Source: Thermodesulfobacteriota bacterium (GTDB lineage: Bacteria > Desulfobacterota_D > UBA1144 > Nemesobacterales > N074bin48). From it: 54,039 bases of DNA. This document shows, in pieces, positions 30,998 to 39,704 of this stretch (positions within the stretch are counted from its first letter, which is position 1; every line of letters starts with the position of its first letter). Position numbers and translations under genes: made by a program. The notes under the pieces were generated by a model. That model was not told where the DNA came from. It did no database searches and saw nothing but the letters and a program-made list of their open reading frames with translations. Location of the stretch: the NCBI GenBank assembly GCA_041572575.1, contig JBFFSH010000005.1:1-54039 (forward strand). The letters are read 5' to 3'.

Positions 30998-31462
30998 TTA
31001 ATCTTCATGCTCATTATCTTTGGAATTATCATTAGAGATATGTGGTTTTGCCCAATTGTAAAGTACTTTTTTATCGTCTGCTGATAGCTTTGCTTCAGGA
31101 TGAAGAATAATGTAGCTCCAAAGCGGCATCTCGCCCTCATCTACTTCTTCCCAAATCTCTTCTATGATTTCCGATTTTTTCTCAGCAGAGTATTTATCCC
31201 ATGTTGAAAAGTTATATTCATCTCTACCTTCGTTTATATGATTTATAACAAACCATGACGATGGGGCTACTTTGCTGTACCAGGGCCATTTGGTTTCGTT
31301 TGAATGACAGTCGTAGCATGCTCTTTTGAATATATTTTTTACATCTGCGGGTGCTTGAATGTCAGATGTTACGGGTGGATTTGTTCTGGCTACAGGTATG
31401 AATTGAATAGCTATTAATACTATAAATAGAATTAAACCTATATATCCAAGATATTTTTTCAT
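30998..31462 (-). CDS. Haem-binding domain (Haem_bd-type) monoheme cytochrome c
   Basis: N-terminal TM, ACYDCHSNET.WPWY, EMPL..Y..LH. Confidence 0.88.
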   Translation of the reverse strand: MKKYLGYIGLILFIVLIAIQFIPVARTNPPVTSDIQAPADVKNIFKRACYDCHSNETKWPWYSKVAPSSWFVINHINEGRDEYNFSTWDKYSAEKKSEIIEEIWEEVDEGEMPLWSYIILHPEAKLSADDKKVLYNWAKPHISNDNSKDNEHED

Positions 31463-31484
31463 TTTTATTACATCTATATTCTAA

Positions 31485-32042
31485 TTAAATTTTCTTTGGA
31501 AGCTTCCATGCAATCACTATAAATACTATAGCTAAAACCAGAGCAACCACAACACCGGGAAGATCTGTTAAAAGTGCCGGGAAAGATTCGTTCCCAGTAA
31601 GAGCCAGGCTCACTTTACCACCGGCAATTTTATTAAATAGTACCGAGCCTTTAATACTTCCAAAAACAAGCATATAAACCAATGCACCCAAAAGGCCCCC
31701 TATTATAAATGAAACAGCATCTTTCCTGCCGTCCCCAAGAGCGGCAACACCGGTGCCCGGGCAGTAACCTGCCGTGGCAAAACCAAGTCCTAAAATAGCG
31801 CCGCCAACAATTACACCTATATAGCTTTCCTTTATAGAAAAATGTCCGACATCAATAATACCAACAGCAGTTCCAATAAAAAGCACGGCACTGCTTATGC
31901 CCACTGCAAACATGATGGCTTTCATAAGGTGTAGGTCCGTAAGTCTCAGCATGTTTATAATATTCTCAGGATTTGAAGCACCCACTCTGTGAAGTGCAAA
32001 TCCAAAAAGTGTTCCAAAAGCTATTGCAAGAATGATTTCCAT
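31485..32042 (-). CDS. YeeE/YedE-family sulfur-compound transporter, half 2
   Basis: FGTLFGFAL, GG.ILGLGFATAGYCPGT. Confidence 0.88.
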   Translation of the reverse strand: MEIILAIAFGTLFGFALHRVGASNPENIINMLRLTDLHLMKAIMFAVGISSAVLFIGTAVGIIDVGHFSIKESYIGVIVGGAILGLGFATAGYCPGTGVAALGDGRKDAVSFIIGGLLGALVYMLVFGSIKGSVLFNKIAGGKVSLALTGNESFPALLTDLPGVVVALVLAIVFIVIAWKLPKKI

Positions 32043-32054
32043 TGTTAATACCCC

Positions 32055-32624
32055 TTATGATTTTCTTCCATATATTAAGATTGCTGCTGGAATAGCAGCT
32101 GCAAATGCAGCAACTGTAAAAAGGTAACCGCTAAGTGCTGTCTGCATCATGCCGCTCATCATGTGGCCGCTTGTACAACCGCCTGCAAGCCTTGCACCGA
32201 ATAAAACAAGAAATCCTCCTGCAAAGGCAATAACATAACGTGCAGTGGGATTGTCCGGGAATATGGTTCTAAAGACCTTTGGAGCGGTTTTGTCTTCATT
32301 GCTCGGTCTTGGACCTTTTAGCATCTTGGATAGAAAAGCGCCCAGTATTATTGCAAACACGAATATGAGACTGTAATTAAGAGGGTTTGCAACGTTCTTT
32401 GCGTACTTCCCTCCACTCTTGTTTAAATACGCATTTTTGCTGGAGTAACCTGTTTTGGCCTCGGGATCTTTTATAATAAGATCGTCTGAAAAAAGGCTTA
32501 ATATGATCCCATCAGCTATTACAAACTGAGTAGAAACACCGATTGGCTTAACTACCCAATCTGCAAGAGTAAAAACAATAGCAAGTAATATTCCTCCTGT
32601 AAACCAGTTAAGCTGTCCTTGCAT
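32055..32624 (-). CDS. YeeE/YedE-family sulfur-compound transporter, half 1; start likely 32624
   Basis: PIGVST, GGFLVLFGARLAGGCTSGH; GGAGG RBS before ATG 32624. Confidence 0.88.
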   Translation of the reverse strand: MQGQLNWFTGGILLAIVFTLADWVVKPIGVSTQFVIADGIILSLFSDDLIIKDPEAKTGYSSKNAYLNKSGGKYAKNVANPLNYSLIFVFAIILGAFLSKMLKGPRPSNEDKTAPKVFRTIFPDNPTARYVIAFAGGFLVLFGARLAGGCTSGHMMSGMMQTALSGYLFTVAAFAAAIPAAILIYGRKS

Positions 32625-32674
32625 TATAAACCTCCAGCATTTTATATTTTGCAATCTTTTTACAGCACTATAAG

Positions 32675-32690
32675 TGCAATGGTCGTACCA
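32675..32690 (-). promoter_or_regulatory. Sigma54 promoter of the yeeE/yedE-like operon
   Basis: Minus strand TGGTAC-GACCA-TTGCA, about 50 bp before the start codon. Confidence 0.82.
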
Positions 32691-32874
32691 ATTAGAACGT
32701 AATGATTAATATCTGTTTAGGTAATTTATTTTATATATTCATAGAAAGGTTCTAATATGCTGATATCATTGAAAAATAATTGGAATTAAGAGACTGCAAT
32801 CCTGGTTTGGGTTGAAAATATTACTATTATATTTCGAACATTTCGTTGTTTGCTATTATGGAAAAAGTGAAAGA

Positions 32875-32891
32875 TGTCAGAAAATCTGATA
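32875..32891. promoter_or_regulatory. Putative sigma54-activator binding site
   Basis: TGTCAGAAAATCTGATA imperfect palindrome; 14/17 identical to 50265-50281. Confidence 0.5.
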
Positions 32892-32905
32892 CAAATTATA
32901 TTTAT

Positions 32906-34006
32906 TTAGCCTTGTATGTTTAAACCCAGACCGTACGAATTGGGTTCTAAATAATCTGAGATTTGAAGAATGCCGCCTGCTCCAAATTTAATCGAAGGAG
33001 TGCATAAATCCCTTTCTAATAAGAATTCACCAAATGCTCCTTCCTGAGCTATTACATTATTGGAATATGTGCTTGCAACAGGTAATGCAGCTCGTGTCAG
33101 AATACTTGTTTCTCCTACCTGAGCGCCCAAAATAATTCCAAAACCTTTCGCGGCAGCTATTTTAGCAATACCAAGCGAGCGTAGAATTCCACCCATTTTT
33201 GATATACGTATATTTATAATGAATACATCTGTTCTGTTCTCTAATTTGTCGAAATCCCCAATTTTTTTAAAAGACTCATCCAGAATGATCTTTGCTCCCA
33301 GTTTCTTAGATAATTCCATCAAATCGGTATAAGAAAATTTCTCTAAAGGTTCTTCCACTCCAAAAAACTGACAATCCAGGCTACTAAGATAAGATAATGC
33401 TTTTTCAGAACTTTCCCAAAGTTTATTGGCATCCACTCTTAATGTAATATCTGTTCTCTTAGACTGCCTTATCACATTAATTTTTAATGAATCCTGATTC
33501 AGGTCTCCTGATAGCTTTAACTTAAAATCTTTAAAACCCATAGATAAGAATTTTTCAAAGAAAGTTTTAGTTGTATTTATATCCCAATCGCCGATTACTG
33601 CCGTATATCTAAATTCGTTTCTAAGTTCTGAAAGACCTAGCAAATCTTCTACAGACTGTTCTTCTTCTTTTCCAAGTAGATCCAGAAGTGCAATTTCCAC
33701 AGCACACCATGCCGCGGGATTTGAGTTAATTGCTTTTTTGTATCTGTCCATAAAGGATTGTAAATCCTGTAGAGTGCTGATTTCTGAAATCTGCTTTCTA
33801 TGTTCACCGATAAAGTTTAATGAAGTATCTGTGGATTCGTTTGTCACATAGGTTCGAGGACATCCTTCTCCATATCCAACATTTTTATTAGATGATGTTG
33901 CCGTTACCAATATAGTCTCTGTTTTTGTCCTATCGGCCAGGGCGTGTTTGAAATTAAACTTAAATGGAATTTCGAGCTTTTTTGCAAGAAGGTGTGTAAG
34001 CTTCAT
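32906..34006 (-). CDS. Enolase-superfamily enzyme, muconate-lactonizing subgroup
   Basis: GYGEG.P, EIALLDLLGK, FKLK, RVDAN, VEEP, LDES, NIRISKMGG, GETS. Confidence 0.85.
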   Translation of the reverse strand: MKLTHLLAKKLEIPFKFNFKHALADRTKTETILVTATSSNKNVGYGEGCPRTYVTNESTDTSLNFIGEHRKQISEISTLQDLQSFMDRYKKAINSNPAAWCAVEIALLDLLGKEEEQSVEDLLGLSELRNEFRYTAVIGDWDINTTKTFFEKFLSMGFKDFKLKLSGDLNQDSLKINVIRQSKRTDITLRVDANKLWESSEKALSYLSSLDCQFFGVEEPLEKFSYTDLMELSKKLGAKIILDESFKKIGDFDKLENRTDVFIINIRISKMGGILRSLGIAKIAAAKGFGIILGAQVGETSILTRAALPVASTYSNNVIAQEGAFGEFLLERDLCTPSIKFGAGGILQISDYLEPNSYGLGLNIQG

Positions 34007-35652
34007 TTTATTATATGATTGCTAAAATTAAAACTGCACTCCTTTTTATACATAAGATGAGTAAATTTAAATTGTGAGTCTCTTTGGCCGTTTTGTATGC
34101 AGTAGTTTTTATAGTTCTCACTGGTTCCGTTTTTAATATAATTTAATTTAATAGCCTTTAATCTACCGCTATCTCTCTTGGCTTTATACTCCAAATTTAT
34201 CATTTTTAGTGCTTCATCGATAATTGGGGATAAATCTGCCACGGGAATTTTTTCAGATTCTACAAACAGCTCATAAGATAGGTCTATAGGGTTTGCCAGC
34301 AATGTAAAGAAGTTAAACTCAATACAGGCTTTATCTTTTACATTACAAAGAGCCTTTATTACCTGTTCTTCATAGAGTTTCTCCCCTGTGATGTTTGTAA
34401 CTCCTCTTCCTTTTTGGGCAAACTTGATCGTGGGCGTGTTGTTGAATTTCCCGGTAACTTCTACTATGTCGTTTATGAAATATCTATAAAGCCCATGGGC
34501 TGTGGTGACAATAATGTAGTACTGTTTGCCGATTTCGATTTCAGAAATGGTTCTATATTCATTCTTTCCAAGATCCCAGTCGTCTCTTTCAATGAACTCA
34601 TAAAAATTCTCATCGATTATTGGTATGCCGGAGTCGCTGTTTGCATCAATAACTACAGATCCCCTAAATTCACTACAAAGATATCCTAACTCAAATATCT
34701 TTGTATTATTTGGCAGTATTTTCCTTAGCTTAGGAATTAGCAGTGAGCAATTCCCCTGAGTCCAGGTTAATACTGCTTTTAAATCCGGCCATATATCTTT
34801 GAGGTATATTGAATTGTTGCTTCTTATGATATTTCTCAGTTCATCTGCTCTTGTTTTGTTTTGATTTAGGTGATTGCTGAGTATATGATTTGCCTGTTTT
34901 GATATATTTATATTTGAATTAATTTTTCCACTTTCAATGATATCTGTTATTTCATTAAACCTTTTGTTAATGATCTCTAAAATCTTGAGTATTGTCGAAG
35001 GATTGGCGGCTGCAAGAGTGCTAATGTTTTTTTGAGCAACGCTTAGAACAGATATTAAAAAATATTTCTCATCATAGTTCTCTAAATCAAAGATTTCATA
35101 AGGAAGTACATATTTTGATCTTATAATTCTTGGAATGTTTTTATAAAGAAGACCGGACAGCGATCCGTAGGGGATATCATTTTCTAATTTACCCTCAGTC
35201 GCCGGGCTTACTATTGCAAGAATTTTCCCGGAAAACATCGAAGGTTCTTCCCTGTATTGAGAATAATTTGAAATACACTGTGTCATTTTGTAGTTTTTTA
35301 CAGTTTTTTCCAATATGGGTATGAGTTTTGGCTTGTCTGTCGTACCACTTGTCTGTGCATACATAATGGGGGAGGACTCAGTTAAGTATGGCTCCCTGGC
35401 TTGGATTTGTTTTTCAATATATTCTCTTAGCATTTCGTAGGTATGAACCGGCACTGATCTTTTAAAATCTTCATAATTGTTTATAGCAGAAAATCCGTAT
35501 TTCTTGCCAAAGACCGTATTACTATTTTTCTCTAAAAGAGATCTTAGAGCCGCATTTTGCTCAGTCTGCGGGTCGGAGGTTTTCTTTATAAAAGGTCTCC
35601 ATACAAAGAGCCTAATGATGAAGAAATATAGTTTGATTAATGTGTTAATCAT
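34003..35652 (-). CDS. GH3-family acyl-acid amido synthetase-like protein
   Basis: QTSGTT.KPKLIP, GYLCSE, FYEFI, GLYRYFINDIV, GEKLYE. Confidence 0.88.
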   Translation of the reverse strand: MINTLIKLYFFIIRLFVWRPFIKKTSDPQTEQNAALRSLLEKNSNTVFGKKYGFSAINNYEDFKRSVPVHTYEMLREYIEKQIQAREPYLTESSPIMYAQTSGTTDKPKLIPILEKTVKNYKMTQCISNYSQYREEPSMFSGKILAIVSPATEGKLENDIPYGSLSGLLYKNIPRIIRSKYVLPYEIFDLENYDEKYFLISVLSVAQKNISTLAAANPSTILKILEIINKRFNEITDIIESGKINSNINISKQANHILSNHLNQNKTRADELRNIIRSNNSIYLKDIWPDLKAVLTWTQGNCSLLIPKLRKILPNNTKIFELGYLCSEFRGSVVIDANSDSGIPIIDENFYEFIERDDWDLGKNEYRTISEIEIGKQYYIIVTTAHGLYRYFINDIVEVTGKFNNTPTIKFAQKGRGVTNITGEKLYEEQVIKALCNVKDKACIEFNFFTLLANPIDLSYELFVESEKIPVADLSPIIDEALKMINLEYKAKRDSGRLKAIKLNYIKNGTSENYKNYCIQNGQRDSQFKFTHLMYKKECSFNFSNHIIK

Positions 35653-35659
35653 TTTCGCC

Positions 35660-36526
35660 TCATTTTTTAGTAAATGGCGCTTTTATCTGGTTTATAAAAT
35701 CGGTTGGGAAGTTTTTATCTTGCAGTCCCAATTCAGATACTTCTTTGTCTTTTGGCAAAAACCATGTACCGAAGAGCAGGTCCCATATTATCAGGTTGTT
35801 GCCGTAGTTTTGGTTTGATTCTCTTATTACTACAGAGTGGTGCCAGCGGTGAAGCTCCGGGCCGCTTACGATGTAATTTAGAAATCCCAGCCGCAGTTCA
35901 ATATTGGAATGCTGAAAGAAGCCGTTTACTGCGTAAAAAATGAAGTAGAGTGAAACAACTTGCTCACCCACACCTAAGATAATAAAGGGCAGGGCATCGA
36001 GAAGAAACTGAAGCATTTTTTCAATTGGATGGAAACGGGCAACGTTTATCCAGTACAGTTTGGATGGTGAGTGGTGAACAGAATGGAGTTTCCATAGAAG
36101 GTCCCATCTGTGGCTTGCAATATGAAGCCAGTACCTAAGAAAGTCAGCTCCGAGTAGCATAATTGCAGCCTGGACGAAAATAGGCAGGTGGTCTGGCCAA
36201 AGCTCCAGTATCTGCAAGTTGGTCGACTGTAAATATGCAATAAGTGTTATAGCAAAGAAGAAAGAAAGAAACTTTGGAAGTAATACCTGCACAAGTCCCA
36301 TGTATAGAAGGTCATTCTTTATGTCTTTTGAACTTGCATTCCAGCTATCCCTATGCGGGATAAAAAATTCAAGGCCACACATAATAAGTGCGGCAATTAT
36401 GACCGGCGTGTATGTTGAGATGAAAATACTTAACCCAAGCCCTATAAAAACTATATGTATTACAAATGATATCACTATTACAGCTGGATAAGCTATGCAA
36501 GAGGTTAAATTCTTTAATCTAGGCAT
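35660..36526 (-). CDS. Sterol desaturase / fatty-acid hydroxylase family di-iron membrane enzyme
   Basis: His boxes YWLHIASH, LHSVHHS, RFHP, QHSN, HRWHH; NYG..WDLLFGT. Confidence 0.9.
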   Translation of the reverse strand: MPRLKNLTSCIAYPAVIVISFVIHIVFIGLGLSIFISTYTPVIIAALIMCGLEFFIPHRDSWNASSKDIKNDLLYMGLVQVLLPKFLSFFFAITLIAYLQSTNLQILELWPDHLPIFVQAAIMLLGADFLRYWLHIASHRWDLLWKLHSVHHSPSKLYWINVARFHPIEKMLQFLLDALPFIILGVGEQVVSLYFIFYAVNGFFQHSNIELRLGFLNYIVSGPELHRWHHSVVIRESNQNYGNNLIIWDLLFGTWFLPKDKEVSELGLQDKNFPTDFINQIKAPFTKK

Positions 36527-36977
36527 TATTTAATCCACCTCCTTTGTTTAATAAATGAAAATATCCAAACAATACTAAGAAGCATGCGAGCACCAGGTGA
36601 AAAAATGATGGGATAGGATATGCAAACCATTTTACATCTTGTAGTAGAGTTAATCCCGCAATAAGTCTAAAGAACATAATAGCAAAATAAAGAGTGCCGA
36701 GAGTAATGAATATATATCCAGTTTTTATACTTAGAACAATTTTGTCTAAAGCAATTTTGTAAATAGTTTTAGATAGAACAAAGATTGTTAATATCTGAGC
36801 TGTAAATAGAAATTTGTAAGATAGTATACCGCTGTCCCAGGATTCAAACGGAGGCAGAAATGTAAGATCTAAGAAATATTGCAGTAGTTGTGCGACAACT
36901 CTGAATATAAAGAGTCCTAGAAGTAAGATAAAGCAGAGGATTAATTTCTTTGTTTTCTTTGTCTTAATATTCAACAT
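36519..36977 (-). CDS. Four-TM membrane protein of unknown function
   Basis: Four hydrophobic segments; overlaps the desaturase start; GAGG RBS. Confidence 0.7.
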   Translation of the reverse strand: MLNIKTKKTKKLILCFILLLGLFIFRVVAQLLQYFLDLTFLPPFESWDSGILSYKFLFTAQILTIFVLSKTIYKIALDKIVLSIKTGYIFITLGTLYFAIMFFRLIAGLTLLQDVKWFAYPIPSFFHLVLACFLVLFGYFHLLNKGGGLNNA

Positions 36978-37017
36978 AACGCATTCCTCAAAAATGTCCT
37001 TTCATTACTATCGTTTG

Positions 37018-37069
37018 TATGTGAATGAACATTTATTCACATATTATAATAAAATAATTGCTGTGTCAA
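37018..37069 (-). promoter_or_regulatory. Sigma70 promoter overlapped by a palindromic operator, probably TetR-bound
   Basis: Minus strand TTGACA(37064-69)-17nt-TAATAT(37041-46); inverted repeat TATGTGAAT-gaacattt-ATTCACATA at 37018-37043. Confidence 0.72.
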
Positions 37070-37242
37070 GAGATTTTATAGGCCAGGTTTTATAGTTGCT
37101 GTATAGTTGGCTGTGCTTGATTTGAATTAAGATGGTTAGTATATGGTTGTTTTGTTTATTTGGAATAATTGAGATGAATCATTTGAGTAATTTATAAATA
37201 ATTATGTATTCACTTATTTTTCTATTATATTTACTCTAAAAC

Positions 37243-37824
37243 TTGGGAGTAAATAAGATTCCAAAACAAACTACTAAATTAGAGCCGATAGAAAACACTG
37301 CTATAAAGCTTTTTGCAAAGAAGGGGATAAAGGAAGTAACAATAAAAGACATCGCCTCTGAGGCTGGCTGCTCGGATGGTGCGCTTTACCGCCATTATAA
37401 GAGCAAAGAAGAGATGGCGTGGACTCTGTATAAAAGAGAAGTAGAAGGTTTTGGGGAGCGTATAAAAGAGATGTTGGGTGATAAAGCGCTTCCGAATGAG
37501 AAGAAAATATACAATGCTGTTGAACTGTTTTATGATTTTTATGATAAAAACCCGACTAAATTCAGCTTTATTCTGCTATCTCAATATAACTTCCCCCGGC
37601 AGTTGAAGCTTAATAAAAAACTAAACCCGTATTATATTATGCAGGAATGTTTACAAGGCATGACGAAAGGAAAGAAGATTAAAGATTTAGACCTCCTAAG
37701 CGGTATGATTTTTGGTCTTATTCTAGAACCTGCCAGAATGAAAGCTACAAATGAGCTTAAGGGTAAATTGAAAGACAGAACCGGAACAGTTTATAAGGCG
37801 TGTATGAGTATTATTAATATATAA
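37243..37824 (+). CDS. TetR/AcrR-family regulator
   Basis: AIKLFAKKG..TIKDIASEAGCSDGALYRHYKSKEE HTH. Confidence 0.93.
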   Translation: MGVNKIPKQTTKLEPIENTAIKLFAKKGIKEVTIKDIASEAGCSDGALYRHYKSKEEMAWTLYKREVEGFGERIKEMLGDKALPNEKKIYNAVELFYDFYDKNPTKFSFILLSQYNFPRQLKLNKKLNPYYIMQECLQGMTKGKKIKDLDLLSGMIFGLILEPARMKATNELKGKLKDRTGTVYKACMSIINI

Positions 37825-37838
37825 TCGTATATATATAC

Positions 37839-38798
37839 TTAGAAAACAATTTCAAACCTCTCCTCGGGGCCTATATGATCGAAAGCCGGGGCTTTGTATT
37901 TTTCCCACTCTCTGCACCAATTGTAATATATATCTTCTCCTATAAGTCTTGAGATGATAAACTCTGTTATCAGTAGTGTTGATTCGATTATAAATGAAAG
38001 GTTATTTCGTAATTCTTGTGACTGGAATTCATTTTGCGGGCCAATGGCTAGGATGCTTGATTGCTCGTAATTGGTTTTTCTCTTCAGCCTGAATAAATAA
38101 CTCATAAGAGTAGTAGGGCGAACTCTCGTAATAGTCTGCATTTTCTGTTCATCGGTAAGTTTTACGGTGGAAGTATCTTTTTTCTTTGCGAGTCTGTCTC
38201 TCCTTTTTGCAAGAGCTTCTGAAATATATTCTTCTCTGGTTGTTCTAAGCGCTTTACAAAAAAGGCTTAGTGCAGATTCATCCTCAACCTTTTTCCATGA
38301 ATGAATATGGTCATCCGGATATATTCCGGGAGCTAGGTTGTGAAACCCATTTTCATCGAAACTGATACACCAGGGGGTAATTAGCCAGGATATTTCTGAC
38401 CACATGACATAAAATATTTTCTGAACCTGGGCATGGGTTCGGGGTTTTGGATAACCCTCGGTGATTGCTAGTGCCTGAGTGGAATAATACAGCGCGTAAT
38501 ATGTTTGTACTATACACCAATTGTTAGAGAGCCTGATGAGGTCATCTTCTTTTATAAAAAGATTACCCATTTTGTATAGGGCCTCCACTCCCCAGGCATT
38601 GTTAAGAGAGTGGTGAATATCATTAGTATTAAACTCTGTCTTTTTTTCTAGTTTTAGACAGCCTGATTCAAATACCTTTTCAGCCAGCAGTTCTAAAGAT
38701 TTTTGATTATTATCTTCTATGCCGCCAGATGCGATATATCTTATAGCGTTTAAATAATTTGAGTGAGTCCTGAAAACCTGCCGTGAGTTTTGTGGCAT
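37839..38798 (-). CDS. Hypothetical protein with HEPN-like motifs
   Basis: 319-aa ORF; WCIVQTYYALYY..AL, RTH, YLFRLKRKTNY. Confidence 0.55.
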   Translation of the reverse strand: MPQNSRQVFRTHSNYLNAIRYIASGGIEDNNQKSLELLAEKVFESGCLKLEKKTEFNTNDIHHSLNNAWGVEALYKMGNLFIKEDDLIRLSNNWCIVQTYYALYYSTQALAITEGYPKPRTHAQVQKIFYVMWSEISWLITPWCISFDENGFHNLAPGIYPDDHIHSWKKVEDESALSLFCKALRTTREEYISEALAKRRDRLAKKKDTSTVKLTDEQKMQTITRVRPTTLMSYLFRLKRKTNYEQSSILAIGPQNEFQSQELRNNLSFIIESTLLITEFIISRLIGEDIYYNWCREWEKYKAPAFDHIGPEERFEIVF

Positions 38799-38886
38799 AC
38801 ATAATAAGTATAATTGATTGTGATTATGTTTATAAGGTATTTATTTGTTAAATCTGATTTTTATATATGTAAAAATAATAACAATC

Positions 38887-39189
38887 TTATGCCACCATAT
38901 TATCTTCGCTTACATGATATATGTTTAGATTCTCAGGTTCTTGAAGCAGTTCCGGGAACTTTTTTGTAAAGTTCTTGAAATAAGATTTTTCAAAATGCTC
39001 GTCAAGGTCGGGCTGGCTTCGCCACCTTTCAACAAATTTAAAGCTATCAGGCTCGTAAGGGTTTTGCATAAATTCGTAGCTTATACAGCCTTTTTCCTGA
39101 TTAGAGAGCTTTACCATGGGCTCTGAGATTTCTATCATTTTATCTCTGCAATCAGGTTTTGTTTTAAATTCTGCTATTAAAACGATCAT
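38887..39189 (-). CDS. ABM-family (putative quinol monooxygenase) protein
   Basis: EKGCISYE, FVERW..LDEH..YF. Confidence 0.88.
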   Translation of the reverse strand: MIVLIAEFKTKPDCRDKMIEISEPMVKLSNQEKGCISYEFMQNPYEPDSFKFVERWRSQPDLDEHFEKSYFKNFTKKFPELLQEPENLNIYHVSEDNMVA

Positions 39190-39273
39190 CTTTTATTCCC
39201 CCTACTTCATTTAGTTTATCTTTTTTAATTATTATATAACATATATCATAATATTTTTACAAAGGAGTAGAAA

Positions 39274-39660
39274 ATGAGTTCAGAAAAATATCAGAAAGGA
39301 TGGGACAAGCTAAATGAAATTTCACCAGGTGCGGGAGACAGAACGGTTGCAAGCCTGAGCGATATAGCGCCAGACATGGTGAACTATCTTATGGAGTTTG
39401 TGTTTGGAGAGATTTCATCAAGACCCGGGCTTGATATGAGGGCAAGGGAAATAACAGCAGTTGCTGCGCTTACAGCACTTGGCTCATATCCCACACAGCT
39501 TAAGGTTCATATCAAAGGAGCACTTAACTGCGGCTGTACAAGAGAAGAGATTACCGAAGTAATCATGCAGACCCTTGTTTATGCCGGATTTCCGGCAGCG
39601 CTTACGGGACTTAGGCTTGCCAAGGAATGTTTTGCTGAAATTGATGAAAAAAATAAGTAA
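39274..39660 (+). CDS. Carboxymuconolactone decarboxylase family protein
   Basis: FGEI.SRPGLD.R.RE, QLKVHIKGALNCG, YAGFPAA; AAGGAG RBS. Confidence 0.9.
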   Translation: MSSEKYQKGWDKLNEISPGAGDRTVASLSDIAPDMVNYLMEFVFGEISSRPGLDMRAREITAVAALTALGSYPTQLKVHIKGALNCGCTREEITEVIMQTLVYAGFPAALTGLRLAKECFAEIDEKNK

Positions 39661-39704
39661 AATTAAGTTAAATTCAGTTAATAATTTGATACAATATTAA
39701 TTAG

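Noticed and set aside
27573-38798. NTase and HEPN-like gene as an MNT-HEPN TA pair
   Set aside because: They are about 10 kb apart and the NTase already has an overlapping RHH partner
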